The notes under the pieces are model-generated. The model ran no database searches and was not told the DNA's origin. It was given only the letters and a program-made list of their open reading frames with translations. A stretch of DNA of 63,546 bases, filler included, from Octopus bimaculoides (lineage: Eukaryota): NCBI RefSeq assembly GCF_001194135.2. It is 7 parts of 7 records of this genome, joined end to end, with 100 filler letters (N's around TTAATTAATTAA, not from the genome) between each part and the next. Parts side by side here need not be neighbours in the genome. Positions count along the whole stretch, not along the records: positions 11,415 to 20,229 come from NC_068995.1; positions 20,330 to 48,701 come from NC_068987.1; 5 more parts are not named here. The stretch is one strand, 5' to 3'. Numbering within the stretch: the first letter of the stretch is position 1; each line of letters starts with the position of its first letter. Shown in pieces: positions 14,287 to 27,546 of this stretch. Made by a program: the position numbers and the translations under genes.

Positions 14287-15681
14287 GGTAGAATTAAAGG
14301 AACATGTTTTCATACGCAAAAAGACATTATCTGCAAATGACAGAAGAGTAATGTGTACGGAAATGTATGTCGGTACTGACAGTGGAGAGGGATGTAACTG
14401 TTGTACGCATAAACCTAAGCCCAGATACAAATCACAGCTCAAACATACGCACACATATGCGTGTGTGTGTGTATGTGTATGTGTGTATGTGTGCATGTAT
14501 CTGACAAGATACACACTCAGTTTTCATTGGCCAAATTCCAGTCACATAGCAGTGTTCAACCAGTGTTAACTGAAGAAACCAAGTTATACGCTATGGAATC
14601 AAACACAGAATTCTGCGATGCACTGCACACTCCATAACTTCATTTCGTTTTCTTTATACTGCACCAGATACAAACTAGTGCCCAACTCTGGAGAATAATA
14701 TTTGGCCAGTTAACTGGAACTATTATGACTAAGCAACAAAAGATCGTCTACATACCCACACGACGTGCTAGAAATAGCCGCTGATCTTTTATTTTAATCA
14801 GGCACTACTGAACGGTAGCTTAAAAAGAGACGCATAATTCCATGAAATGTCAACGATCTTTTCATGATTGAGTCAAATCCTATTTGAAAGCATTTCAAAT
14901 CCTCTTGAGAAAATTATAGTCCTTCTATCCTTTCCCACCCTATACGATGGGATAAATGTTTCCACTTTATATTTACATATTGTTGTGAGCTGGAGGAAGA
15001 TCAATGATCAGAGAGTTTTCATGTCACCTGAACGCATTACAACCGAAGTTGTATAGTTCTAAAACGGTTGAATGTTACAGTTGTAGGAAAATCAAGTGCA
15101 GGGTGGGTAGTATTCACATGATGCGAATTTCCCAAGAGGAGGAAATGGATGTAAAAGTTAATGCCTACTACAATTAAGTTGTTTCCTAAATTAGCATAAG
15201 TATCACAAATGTTTTAAATGCTTATAACATTAAGGTTAGCTATCCTTGGCTAGATAACATTGGATGCTGTAACAAAAAGCACATTCGCCTATAGAAGCTT
15301 CACATCATGCACCAACTTGTAACACAGGAAATCTTGCCAAATGCATGGGTCCAGTTTCTCAAAGGCCGTGGTCTATAGAGACACTCTCACACCGCTTGAT
15401 AGTATCCAAGAAACAACTAAGTCTAATCCCTAATGTCACAAGGGAAGATTGACGCACGAACTCTTCCCGTTACAGAGAGAGAGAAGCCTCCACCTCTGTG
15501 GCCCCTTCAGCAGTAGACTTAGTGAACATACTAGAATGGGAATATTTTTTTTTTTACTTATCAAGGGTTATTAACTGACATCTCTCACTTTCTGAGAAAC
15601 TGCATATTTTGCCACAGTCTGACATCGAATAAACATCCAGTTATATCTGTATATCTACAAATATGCAGACAAACTGACGGC

Positions 15682-15683
<2 letters not shown>

Positions 15684-15734
<51 letters not shown>

Positions 15735-15845
15735 GGATGGATGGATGGATGGATGGATGGATGGATGAATGGATTGATGGATGGACTGCCAGACAGACAG
15801 AAAGACAGACAGATTGAGATAGAGAGAGAGAGAAGGAGAGATAGA
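15684..15845. repeat. compound (GATA)n-(GGAT)n-(GACA)n-(GA)n microsatellite
   Basis: Read directly. Confidence 0.95.
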
Positions 15846-16691
15846 TGCATACATCTACACATTTACATGCAAACAAACGTCATCTCTATCTCACTCTCTC
15901 CCACACACATGGACTACAGGCTTCCATACATTTTCTATCAAATTCTGGCCTAGACCGTCCGGCCGTTTGAAGTAAGATATCCAGCATTACATTGTTTAAT
16001 AGATCAAGTTTTATTATTTTTTAGAATGTCGGATATGAGTGGATAGAGATTTGGCTGCTATTTCTTAAAGTTCGTGCGACCTCATCCACGCTGTAGCTAC
16101 CAAGGTTACTGCATTATCAACAAATGCTACAACGTGAAATTCTAATCGTACAACAGTCGGATATTGAAAGACAAATGTTCTAAAAGACTGTCTTATTTAT
16201 CCTTGCTATATCACACAAATGTGATGTAAATTCTGTTGTGTCCCAGCAAAACAATCGGTCAGGGGACTTTTGACCTCATTATTTTAATTATCATTATAAT
16301 TAACATTCCTTTTACGTGTCTCCAATTGAATATTGTATGTGCTAAAATCGTTATGTTCAGATAGACTTATTCGTACAATAGCTTGCAAGAATATTAATCA
16401 AATTTACTGAATAATTTCAGATGTCTGGATATTCCCCTTTATCCTAAACTAAAATTCAACCATGGCAGTGCATAATAATGAAGCTTCAGAAAATAAACTG
16501 TATCTCATTCAGTTTCTATGCTTAGTCAGATAGTTCAACAACTAAAAGTGTAGTATTTGCAGTGATAAATGAAGATATTAGAGACTTGATACCAGTTTAC
16601 TGACTAATGTGTAGACAATAGCGTTTGAGATAATCGGAATTACACATTTCATATTTGAAGTTTATTAATCATAATTTTTCAAATAACTTAC

Positions 16692-16771
16692 AAATTTGAC
16701 CAGTTCACACCAGCAATGACATTTGCTGTTATTGATTGCTGCTCCGAGAAATCGGTTGTAACCACGAGATT
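16692..16771 (-). CDS. candidate internal exon (80 nt); phase 0 reads NLVVTTDFSEQQSITANVIAGVNWSN, phase 1 reads SRGYNRFLGAAINNSKCHCWCELVKF
   Basis: Acceptor TTTTACATATTTTTCTCACTCAG, donor TTT|GTAAGT, two open frames. No homology recognised. Confidence 0.4.
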
Positions 16772-18130
16772 CTGAGTGAGAAAAATATGTAAAACAGAAT
16801 GCATGACTTGTACAGAAATCGATGCAAAATATGAGAACATAAGTCTGTAAGGCAAGTAGCATTTATTAAAGTATCAAGAACGATGACAGATGTAAAATGT
16901 GTATGAAGCAGATTTAACCCAACTGGGAAATAATAGCTGCATTTTGATTGGAGGAAAAGCAGATGCAGATAGCTTAAGCGAGAAGTTCAGACTAAAAAGA
17001 AAAACAATATGAATAATGTTAAGAGTTTCTTCATATGAGGCGACATATTATTACAAAGAATAGTCACAATTTTATGGTTTCTATATTTGTCGGTATTGGG
17101 TTTTCTCGAAACAAACTGCAGAGTTGAAATGAGAAGTGGCTCTATTAGCATGAAAGTCACAAGTCATTGAGAAGCAGGCGCTACTGAGTTGTTTTCTAAA
17201 TTTTCTATAACAAGCTTTGGCTTGTTTCCATAAAACATGGAAGAAAATTGATTCTTAATAAAATTAGATTAGCAATGGTGAGTGGCTGGGTATTAGGTGG
17301 AGGGGGCATGGTTTTATGAGTGTATTGACTGGATTATTCACCTTTGTAATGTCAACTAAATTTAGTCTGCTATGTCGAGAATAGTTGAAGAATTAAACTT
17401 TGGCAGTTGTTGAAGATGGCAGTGTTCCACTGGTAACAGGAATTTAGAAAGAGCTTATGTCAGATATATTTAGATTAATTTTAGATGTTGGTTCACTTCT
17501 TTTGGAAAATCTACTTCTATAGGACAAAATTTATTTACTTTCAGAAAATCTAATTCTATCCGCGAAACTTTATTTGCTTTCAAGAAATCTGACTGTATCG
17601 ACATAAATCTCTTTACTCTTTCCACAAATTAGGTGTCAATTGCGAAAATGTCAAAATCGTGAAATAATTTTTGAAAAAGTAATATACGTTGCGGAAATTT
17701 TACGTTTTAAATAATCATAAACATCGTAAGAAACTAAGTTATAATGTTGTCAAAACCTTAATCAAACAATCTTCTCTTTGTGGATGAATGAATGTATATG
17801 TATAAACTCATTAGGACATTATATTCTAACAAATACAAGCTTCTGTGCACACATCCAAATTGAAATTTGCATTTAATCTTGTTATATGAGATTTAACTAC
17901 ATCGAAATTAAAATACGAAGCTAGCAAGCGAATAATTCCATTTTTATTCAATAATAAATCTGCATATAACACAAAACCGCGAGGAAATATGTTCGTTTCA
18001 TCAATTGTGTATTTTTGGTTTTCTCTTTTTAGCTATCCCTTAATCATACAGTTATAGAAATAGCTCCCTTCCTCACTCTCCCTCTCTCTCTCTCTCTCTC
18101 CCTCATTCACTCATTCACTCACTACCTCTT

Positions 18131-18173
<43 letters not shown>

Positions 18174-18295
18174 CTACCTCTGCTTTTAATTCCTCGTAAC
18201 CGCCGCAACCATGTTAACATAGTTCGATTCGATGAACAAATGTATTTTTCTCTGTCTTTTATTTCAATTTTCGTGTTCTTCTCATATTCTCCTAG

Positions 18296-18380
18296 TGAGC
18301 CAGTACTTAACATCATTGTAAGGAGTCTTCTTCGAAACACGCAACCTAGGCGCCAACAATCGAGAAATTTAGACATAGCT
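18296..18380 (+). CDS. candidate internal exon (85 nt, phase 2 to 0), EPVLNIIVRSLLRNTQPRRQQSRNLDIA
   Basis: About 50-nt pyrimidine tract ending CCTAG; donor GCT|GTAAGT; only one frame open. Confidence 0.4.
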
Positions 18381-19484
18381 GTAAGTTAGTGTCATTATTA
18401 TTTATTTTGTATTTTTTTACGTTATTTTATTATACGATTTCTTTTTTTTATTTCGTAGTATATCAATATCGATCTTTATGTAAAACACATAATAAACTCG
18501 GGAAAAAGATAAAATAGAGTCAGAATCAAGAAATACCAAGGTCAAAGCAGTAGCTGCGCCAAGGTCATTTGAGGTAGATTAATAACATTCTTTTTCCCTA
18601 CATAAATGTATATAAAATTTTCCTTTAACTAATAAATCATATCATCAGATCACATTTGTAGAAAAATACCACCATCGCCAACACCAGAAGCACCACCACC
18701 ACCACCACTACAACTACCACTACCACTACTCCGCTGTAAAACCTAAAACAACAAAATGTCTGAGGATTGTTAAAACGTCAAGAAATAATGTATGCATTAC
18801 AATCATGTATATAGTATTTGGTTTGTGTTTATAAAGATAACAAAACGAGAGTTATTTATCTAAAATCAGTCAAATGTAATTTCACAAACCATACATGTAC
18901 AATACGCATTATCACATGTGTTTCTACGTATGTTTGTATACATGTATATATATNNNNNNNNNNNNNNNNNNNNNNNNNNNNNNNNNNNNNNNNNNNNNNN
19001 NNNNNNNNNNNNNNNNNNNNNNNNNNNNNNNNNNNNNNNNNNNNNNNNNNNNNNNNNNNNNNNNNNNNNNNNNNNNNNNNNNNNNNNNNNNNNNNNNNNN
19101 NNNNNNNNNNNNNNNNNNNNNNNNNNNNNNNNNNNNNNNNNNNNNNNNNNNNNNNNNNNNNNNNNNNNNNNNNNNNNNNNNNNNNNNNNNNNNNNNNNNN
19201 NNNNNNNNNNNNNNNNNNNNNNNNNNNNNNNNNNNNNNNNNNNNNNNNNNNNNNNNNNNNNNNNNNNNNNNNNNNNNNNNNNNNNNNNNNNNNNNNNNNN
19301 NNNNNNNNNNNNNNNNNNNNNNNNNNNNNNNNNNNNNNNNNNNNNNNNNNNNNNNNNNNNNNNNNNNNNNNNNNNNNNNNNNNNNNNNNNNNNNNNNNNN
19401 NNNNNNNNNNNNNNNNNNNNNNNNNNNNNNNNNNNNNNNNATTTATTAATTAATAAATTGATAATCCTTTACCCTTTTAATTTG

Positions 19485-19553
<69 letters not shown>

Positions 19554-20229
19554 TGTATGTATGTATGTATGTATATGCCGGAACGTACATTGTACGAGAC
19601 GCTATACGTTCTATTTTATTGACTCGTGACTAGATTAAATCCTAAGACAACGGATAGGCTGAGCCGAGGCTTCTATCATTTCAACTGCAGTTCATATTTG
19701 AGTCTACTTTGTATTTTCTCGAGGCGCTTAGAGACGACAAACAAGCACGCACACAAACAAACACGGACCAACGCACACACATACACACACACAGAAGTGC
19801 ACCACGAGGTAGATGCACATATATACACAATAAAAACCAGCGGTAGCAATAGCTCGCAGGACAATGAGACCCTTTAGCACGCATAACCAGTTCTTATGCA
19901 AGGTAGACACGAGTAAACTTAGATCATCTCACCGCACTCGAAATTTGGCAAAGCGAAACGTGGAAGATGCAAGACAAAAAACAAGACAGAATTCTGCCTC
20001 AAAACACGGATGGCACTCATTTTCAGCAACATAAATTGAGGGGTGGGTTAGTATTTAACATGTTGGCCTGTCAAATATAGGGGATTACATTCTTGACACG
20101 GATGGTGCGACATTTTCTTTAGGAAACTTTTTCATTTCAAGTTCTCTCTGCTTACTCCCTTCAAGAATCTACATTCACACACTACACACACATACCCATA
20201 TGTATATATATGTATATATATATATATAT

Positions 20230-20329
20230 NNNNNNNNNNNNNNNNNNNNNNNNNNNNNNNNNNNNNNNNNNNNTTAATTAATTAANNNNNNNNNNNNNNN
20301 NNNNNNNNNNNNNNNNNNNNNNNNNNNNN
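20230..20329. other. artificial scaffold-join spacer
   Basis: N44-TTAATTAATTAA-N44. Confidence 0.95.
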
Positions 20330-20354
20330 TATATATATATATATATATATATAT

Positions 20355-20570
20355 GGGAGAATTTACGAAAAAAACAACAGACGAGTGCAGGTGGTGTAGA
20401 CAACAAAAGGATGTATTAGTTTAACTCTCGGGAATAGAGAAAGTGTTTAACGTTTCGAGCTACGCTCTTCAACAGGAAGAATAAGGAGAAAAACAAGGAG
20501 AAAACCACGGAGAAAAAAAATTTGAATGTTGTGGTCAGCGATCTATCATGGCGACTGATATGGATGTATA
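20355..20570 (-). mobile_element. Penelope-like terminal repeat fragment
   Basis: Plus strand starts (TA)n-GGGAGAATTTACGAAAA, identical to 34844. Minus strand has TTGAAGA-GCGTAGCTC-GAAACGTT. Confidence 0.6.
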
Positions 20571-20582
20571 TATATATAGAGA

Positions 20583-21860
20583 GAGGGTTTATACAAAATA
20601 GTGGAAACATCTTAAAATTTCAAACAAATTTATTTAATATAGGGCAGGACCGCCTTTGGTAATAATTATAGCTTGAATTCTATGAGTTATAGATACGTAC
20701 GAAATTTGAATTTTTCCAAAGGAATTTTTGTCCATTCTTCATATAAAAAGTCACCAGTTCTTGTAGTGGTGATGGTGGAAGATATTGACTTCTTAGTTGT
20801 TTTTCTACAATGCACCATAAACGTTCAATAATATTGAGATATGGGGATTGTGGTGGCCAGATAAGATGTTCAAATTCACTAGAATGCTCCTGGTGCCATT
20901 CAGTAACAATTTTAGCTGTGTGAATTGGTGTTTTATCTTCCTGAAAGATTGTGTTTCTCTCTGGAAACAGTTCTGCAAATATAAGATGAATCTGATCAGA
21001 TGAATTGCTTAAAATATCTTGACCATAAATTCTGCCATGAAGGGAAACCATTGGGCCGGCGGATTTCCAAGATATAACCCCCACTCTCCAGATCATCACA
21101 GATCCTCCTCCATGTTTAACAGTTGGAAGAGATAGTCTGGATTAAATGCTTCTTTTGGCTATCTCCAAGCGTATTCTTGGCCAATGATTGGAAATAAGGT
21201 AATGGATGACTCGTCCAAGAAAATAACATTCTTCCACTGCTCTAGGGACCAATTCTGTAGGTTTTTACTTCACTCTAAACGATTTGCAACGTTTGGTGGG
21301 TTTGAAAGTAGTGGTTTTCTGATTGCAGTCCGCCCGAAAAATCCGGCTTTGTGCTGTTCCCAGCGAACAGTTTTTACGGAAACTGGGTTCTCAAGGTGGT
21401 CATTAAGCACTGCAGTAATTTTTGGACCTGTACTTTTGTGATCCTTTCTAACAATTCGCGTAATATTCCGACGGTCTCTACTTGAAAGCTTTGGTTTTCT
21501 TCCGGAATTCTTTTTGGCTGAGGAGGTTTTTCCCTCTTTCTCAAAGGCTGTCATTACTTTCGAGACTGTACTTCTTGATACATCAAAAATTTCGGCTGTT
21601 TTCGTTATACTAACGTTTGCCATACGAGCATCAACAATTTTACCTCTTTGAAAGTTCGATAGATCTGTCATTTTAATGAATTTTAATTACCTTTTACTGA
21701 TGATATCTGAAAATAAACACCAACTTTAGCAAAACATATGATGCAACACTAATAATAAATAAACAAACATAAAAATAACAAGTCTTTAACGGTTTTTATA
21801 AATATTCCCAAATTATGATGCTATGATGCTAGGTGTTTCTATTATTTTGTCCAACCCCTA
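20583..21860 (-). mobile_element. near full-length Tc1-superfamily transposon, DD36E spacing, frameshifted transposase
   Basis: ~30-bp TIRs with 23/30 matches. N-terminal HTH part at 21270-21671 (MTDLSNFQRGKIV...SGRKPKLS). Catalytic part has IFQED-(36 aa)-E and WPPQSPYLNIIE. Confidence 0.95.
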
Positions 21861-22200
21861 TTCATATTTATATATATATTTATTTATGGATATGTAACAT
21901 GCACACGTATACGTGTATATATATATATATATATNNNNNNNNNNNNNNNNNNNNNNNNNNNNNNNNNNNNNNNNNNNNNNNNNNNNNNNNNNNNNNNNNN
22001 NNNNNNNNNNNNNNNNNNNNNNNNNNNNNNNNNNNNNNNNNNNNNNNNNNNNNNNNNNNNNNNNNNNNNNNNNNNNNNNNNNNNNNNNNNNNNNNNNNNN
22101 NNNNNNNNNNNNNNNNNNNNNNNNNNNNNNNNNNNNNNNNNNNNNNNNNNNNNNNNNNNNNNNNNNNNNNNNNNNNNNNNNNNNNNNNNNNNNNNNNNNT

Positions 22201-22241
<41 letters not shown>

Positions 22242-22829
22242 TGTGTGTGCGTGCGTGTGTGTGTGTGGTTGCATGCGTATATCTAATTCTGACTAGTAGA
22301 ATTTGGAAGTTTAATGTTTCAGTTGAAACTGATAAAAATATGAAATATCGGTAACAAAGATGGCGTCTGGAAGATTTCCTCAGTCATCGAGGTGCTGCTG
22401 ATATTAAACAAAGCTGATAGATTCACACATATATATTCGGTGAGTTGATACAGCTAGACTCAGTCTTTGACTGTAGATTGTCACATCAAAAAGACTGACC
22501 TCCTTTTCACAGTATGATTTAATTTTGCTCGGAGAAAACTTCACTGGAAGACGTTATGGCGCTGCTCTTTTAAATATGTATGAGTTCAGTTTTAATCCTG
22601 GTGAAAGATTTCTGGGAATCCACTGAGGAATACGTTTCGATTTTCATGTAGCATCCATTTAGCAAGCCGTGTCATTAATACGTTTCGACAAGAAACGAAG
22701 TATTATACTAATCATTTGTTCGGTTATAATGAAATACTGTGTTAACTTTTCTTATTTTCCTTTTCATAGAAATACATTATTTTGATTTTTCCGCAACAAT
22801 TAAATTTAGATGTTTGGTTTTTGAAAAGT

Positions 22830-23609
22830 ATGTATGAGGTTTAATAAAAAAAATAGGTAAAACTTATTTACCTAAGTTTTAACATCATCTCCTTCGAAAT
22901 AATCACCTTGTGCAGCAATACACCGGTCCCAGCGCTCATGGACTTTTGGAATCTGGCCTGGAAGTAATTTTGAGAAAGCGAGTCGAGGATCGCCTGCGAT
23001 TCGCTCTTCATCTCTACAACGGTCTTAAAACGGCGACCTTTTTGCTACATTTTAAACTTGGGGAAGAGACGGAAGCCCGCGGGTACTAAATCTGGTGAAT
23101 AGGGCGGGTGCGGAAGCGATACCATGTTGTTCTGTGTGAGAAACTCACGAGTGAACAAAGCTCGGTGACAGGTTGCGTTGTCGTCGTGAGGAAATCCATT
23201 GTCATCATGAAGAATACATTTCCGAGAGTGACGCTCGACGCAAGTCTTCCAGGGACGTTTCTTTCGTTTTTGAAGCACCCGTGCCACTGGAAACATTGTG
23301 TATGACCCATTACTTCGTTACCGTAAGCTTGAAGAAACATGCTCAACGTCTCTATAACAGAATTCCCAAGTTTAACTCAAAATTTAAGTTTGGATCTGTT
23401 CCAATTTCCTGTCCGTGAGAAAAATCGCAGACTACATACAGCATACACAGAAACACAAAAACACAAATTTCACAACTTACGAAGTAAACACAGAAATGTC
23501 ACAACCTCATGCATATCACTGCTAGTTTTCATTGCACATGCAACCGTGTGCTGCCAACCGTTGGCGCGCTACAGAACTAGTTCCGGGAACTTTTTGATAC
23601 CATCTTGTA
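22830..23609 (-). mobile_element. internally deleted mariner (DD34D-type) element
   Basis: LHDDNATCH...LPHPPYSPDLVPAGF, with the third D mutated to G. N-terminal GHTQCFQWHGCFKNER remnant. TIR-like end ACTAGTTCCGGGAACTTTTTGATACCATCTTGTA. Confidence 0.85.
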
Positions 23610-24059
23610 TATCACCATTTTACATCTCTTGTTTCGTGTTAAACAGAAACTTCCGTGCTGTTTAGGAAAATATTTAATTTGTACATGAAACGGCACAAGA
23701 TTGAGAACATGCATTAGGAATTTATTGCATTGACAGATTGCATCAGGTTCGAGCCAGCATGGTAGAATCCTGAGTAAAGCAGTTTTGTAATGTAACCTTG
23801 GGTTGAACAAAATTTTGCGATTGGAGATAGAACTTATGTCTGTAAATCACAACGCGAAGAGACACACACACACATGCATACATACAGAGATAAACAAAGA
23901 CAGAGTGAGAGAGAGCCACTTTTATTCGCTTCTCCACTTACTCGTGTGTGTGTGTGTGTGTTTATGTACGTACCCTTCGTGAATGTATATTTCCACAGTA
24001 CGTAATTGGCGACTAAAAATAACTGCTTCTCGATAGATATACATTACTTTATTATGTGT

Positions 24060-24760
24060 ATCATATGACAGAACATCCTCTGTTACCTGAGATGTGGAGT
24101 AAACCTGACCGAAGGAATGCTTCCTTGAAGCCGCTGACAGTTGATGGATCTGTACTCTGTTGGATGTACAGAAACGAAAGGCACAATATGTTCTGGACAA
24201 AAGTTGCAGGGACTACACGAGAGTTTGTCAGCTCTTATGAACTAGAAAAGCGAGGAGAAGCCTGTAACAAGCACACAGACCAAGCTAGAGAACTCGGTGG
24301 GTACCGTTTGGTACTTACAGCCTGTCTACATCTGCTTTCGAGTGGTGCATATACTCTATCTTCTGGAAGTGTTATCTTGGTCTCCATTTTCTTGATAATA
24401 TTCAGATTCAGAGCTTGTACGTCCCTAGAAGTAAGACCAGGTTGTTAATAGCTTTCAAGACGTTTGCTCTTTAGTCCCATACACACTTTCCTGTTGCACT
24501 CCAATAATTTTCTTCTTCAAAGCTCTATGTTGGACCTCCTTTCTCCTTCTTCTAGATACCTGTATGCGACATCTTCAACGAGATATTTGATAACGTTGTC
24601 AGTGTCTTGTTCTAAACATCTCACAACCTACTGCTACAGAGTGTCCCTGGTCTTCCTGAAGATGGTAACAACTGAGGATGTCATTTGCGAAATTATGTTT
24701 ACCACAACGTGAAGCCTTCGCTGGCAGATTACTCATTACAATGTCATGGACAACTTCCCT
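24060..24760 (-). mobile_element. decayed R4/Dong-like LINE reverse-transcriptase fragment
   Basis: Broken translation DTDNVIKYLVEDVAYRYL...KKMETKITLPEDRVYAPLES resembles the YKYLG and LDRKTRK..MT...HP regions of R4/Dong RTs. Confidence 0.5.
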
Positions 24761-25020
24761 GTTTTAAAACTGTCCTTGATGTACTTGCCGACTTTCAATT
24801 CTAATTTGATGTTGTCGCAGAAGGTTTTCACAATGGGGAGTACACATGTACAATGGTTGTTGTGCATGACAAAATCTTGAAGATACTTACCAAGAAAAAT
24901 ATTTCAATTTGGCAGTCTGTGAACTGGTGTGTGAGATAATATATCTCTAAATTTATGATTACGTATTCTATTTCTGTATAGTATTTTTCTTGTATAGCTT
25001 TTTCAGTAACATTTCATAAC

Positions 25021-25345
25021 AATTCTTTGGGGTTTGAATAATACACCCCTGGAAACATGGCTGTTTCATTCAACATCTTTAAACAAACCTTATTCATGGA
25101 CATTTTGAGTGGGACGGGTTACTCGACCTGAAGAAAATTTTAATTGGGCCCCACCTGCAAGGTCATACGCTGCTTATCTTGATATAAGATCACCTTGTCG
25201 CGCACATACAGTTGTGATGCGTGTGCCTGGTGTATTTTTATCAGACGGGTATTCATGATGGATGTATTGGGTTTCGTATATTTGTATCCCGGTGTCACTT
25301 TGATGGCATGCATTGTTCTCTCACTCAATAATAATCATAACAACA
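25021..25345 (+). mobile_element. interspersed repeat with (TAA)n tail (LINE 3' end or SINE-like)
   Basis: Reverse-complement match to 27480-27840; ends CTCTCACTCAATAATAAT. Confidence 0.7.
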
Positions 25346-26133
25346 ACGACAACAATACCAACAACAACTTAGAGTTATTATAGAGGCAATTGAAACTTCT
25401 CCATCTTTCCGTTTATATTTCAAGGAAGAAATCAATTTATTTAAATATTTTATTCTTTACGAACTGAATGAAATCCTCCTTGTGTTAGAATTGGTTATGT
25501 ATTACAATAAATGGATGATTCTATTATTAACCATATAAAGACATAAAATCGGAAACATGCTTTCAATGGGGAATTATTCAAGGACATCGAAGTGGATAAC
25601 GAAACAGATGCACACTGATGGTTTCTTAATCACTTACAGCTACACCAACTTGCCAATACGATTTGCATAATGCGTTACAAATTTAGTACTCAGACACGCA
25701 TCGTTGAACTTTTAGGTGAAAGAATAGAAAGTTTAGAAGCATTGTATTGTTTTACCTAAAGCAAAACTGATCGTAAACGAGGTGTTTGAGTTTACAACCG
25801 GGAATAAAAAGTGAGTTTACGAATATCATAACACCTCCTTTCAGTGCAAATGTAAATCAAATCGTTTAACTACTCATGGTGATTAAAATGTCTAGTTTGT
25901 TCCATTTTCTTTGCACCTCCTACTTCTTTTTGTTCTTCGCACTTTTCGGGACTTCGTTGTCTTCTTTCTTTTTCTGCCTTCTTTCTTCTTCCTTCTTTCT
26001 TCTTTCATTCTTTCTCTTTCTTTTTCTTCCTTCTCCTTTCTCCTTCTTCCTTCTTTCTTCTTTCTCCTCCTTCTTCTTGTTCTTCATCCTCCTCCACCAC
26101 TTCCTCCTCCTCTTCTTGTTTTCTTCTTCTTCA

Positions 26134-26188
26134 TCTTCTTCTTCTTCTTCTTCTTCTTCTTCTTCTTCTTCTTCTTCTTCTTCTTCTT

Positions 26189-26263
<75 letters not shown>

Positions 26264-26283
26264 GTTATTATCATTATTATTAT
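26134..26283. repeat. (CTT)n followed by (TTA)n microsatellite
   Basis: Read directly; the (TTA)n tract abuts the 3' end of the Dong element. Confidence 0.95.
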
Positions 26284-27400
26284 TGTCCTTGCACAGCTTC
26301 TAACGCTGGAGATGTACTATGGTATAAGCTGTTCACTACCAGTGAACTAAGGTAACACCCCTTATTTTTCGAGTACCGTCCGGAGTATTTGAGCAGTTAC
26401 AAGCAGTGTTGTTTTCTGCAAGTGCTCCAGTTTTATTGCATCCCCTATTTGTTCTATGTACTTCTCAAAGATTTTTACTCACTGTTTCCAGGGCTCCGAC
26501 AATTATTGATATCCCTACCACCTTTTTCAGCAACCACAACTGCTTAACCTCCCAAGCTAACCTGCTATATCAATTTCTTTCTTCCTTGTCGCATACTTTG
26601 TTGTCAGCTGGGTATGCTATATCTATGATCCAGCATCGTTTGCTTTCTTTCGTAGTTAACACTATGTCTGGTTTCCTATTCTCTATCTCATGGTCGCACT
26701 GAATCATAAAATCCCATAGGATCTTTGCATTATCATTTTCGATGATGCCTTCGGGTTTAGGTTCATACGACATTTTTTGCTCTATCAAGTCCATACTTCG
26801 GGTTCTATATTTAAGAGATGAGGAATTATGTACATTATCAGTAACAACTGTACATTATCAGTAAGCACTGTATGTTCATCGTTTCTCTACTGCTGTTTCC
26901 CAATACCCAACTTTTGATAGCTTCCAGCTCTACTTCTGTGAACCAACGAATTTTTCTTATTGCTCTAGCTTGATCACATAATCTCTGTTCCATGAGTTGA
27001 AACAATCCTCTTTCTCTCCATTGATCATAGATGCGTTGTAGGTTTCCCTTAATATGAACACCATTTTCATCTACAGGGTTGCTCAGGTAGTAACACTCTA
27101 TAAGCACGGCATTGGCGTGTTTGTTCCATCTACGCTGCGTGTGCTGGTCTCTTGCTGTATATCGACAGACTGGTGTCGGACCAGTATTTCTGAGTCTGCC
27201 GGGTGCAACACTGTCACCATAAAGAACTTTAATTTCATTGCCACCGTTATTCACACTATTTTGTTTCTTCATTGTCACTCACATGAAGTAGCTATTATCA
27301 GGTTACGCAATTAACGGTGTTTCTATTGTGACACCATCACTAGATATATCAGCAATCAGGACATGGGAAAATTGCAACCACTTCCTTTCATTATTATTAT
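26284..27400 (-). mobile_element. internally deleted R4/Dong LINE (5' ORF start fused to REL endonuclease and 3' UTR)
   Basis: 26838-27278 is the N-terminus (RRWNKHANAVLIECYYLSNP...QRLCDQARAIRK). 26400-26800 encodes YEPKPEGIIENDNAKILWDF...RKPDIV...IIDIAYPAD. No RT lies between them. Flanked by TAA repeats. Confidence 0.85.
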
Positions 27401-27478
27401 CATAACTGATATTATTATTTTCATTTTCTTACTATTTGTCACTTTTAATATTTCCTCCGATCCGACATGAGTTTTGGC

Positions 27479-27479
<1 letters not shown>

Positions 27480-27546
<67 letters not shown>

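Noticed and set aside
14780-15500. Possible decayed L1/Tx1-like coding remnant on the minus strand
   Set aside because: No diagnostic motif could be recovered by eye.
17250-17640. Possible decayed CR1/L2-like RT remnant
   Set aside because: Only vague similarity after assuming several frameshifts.
22356-22438. YY1-like CAAAGATGGCG (also at about 3655) and a TCG|GTGAGT donor
   Set aside because: The ATG frame stops after 13 codons and the motif alone is insufficient.
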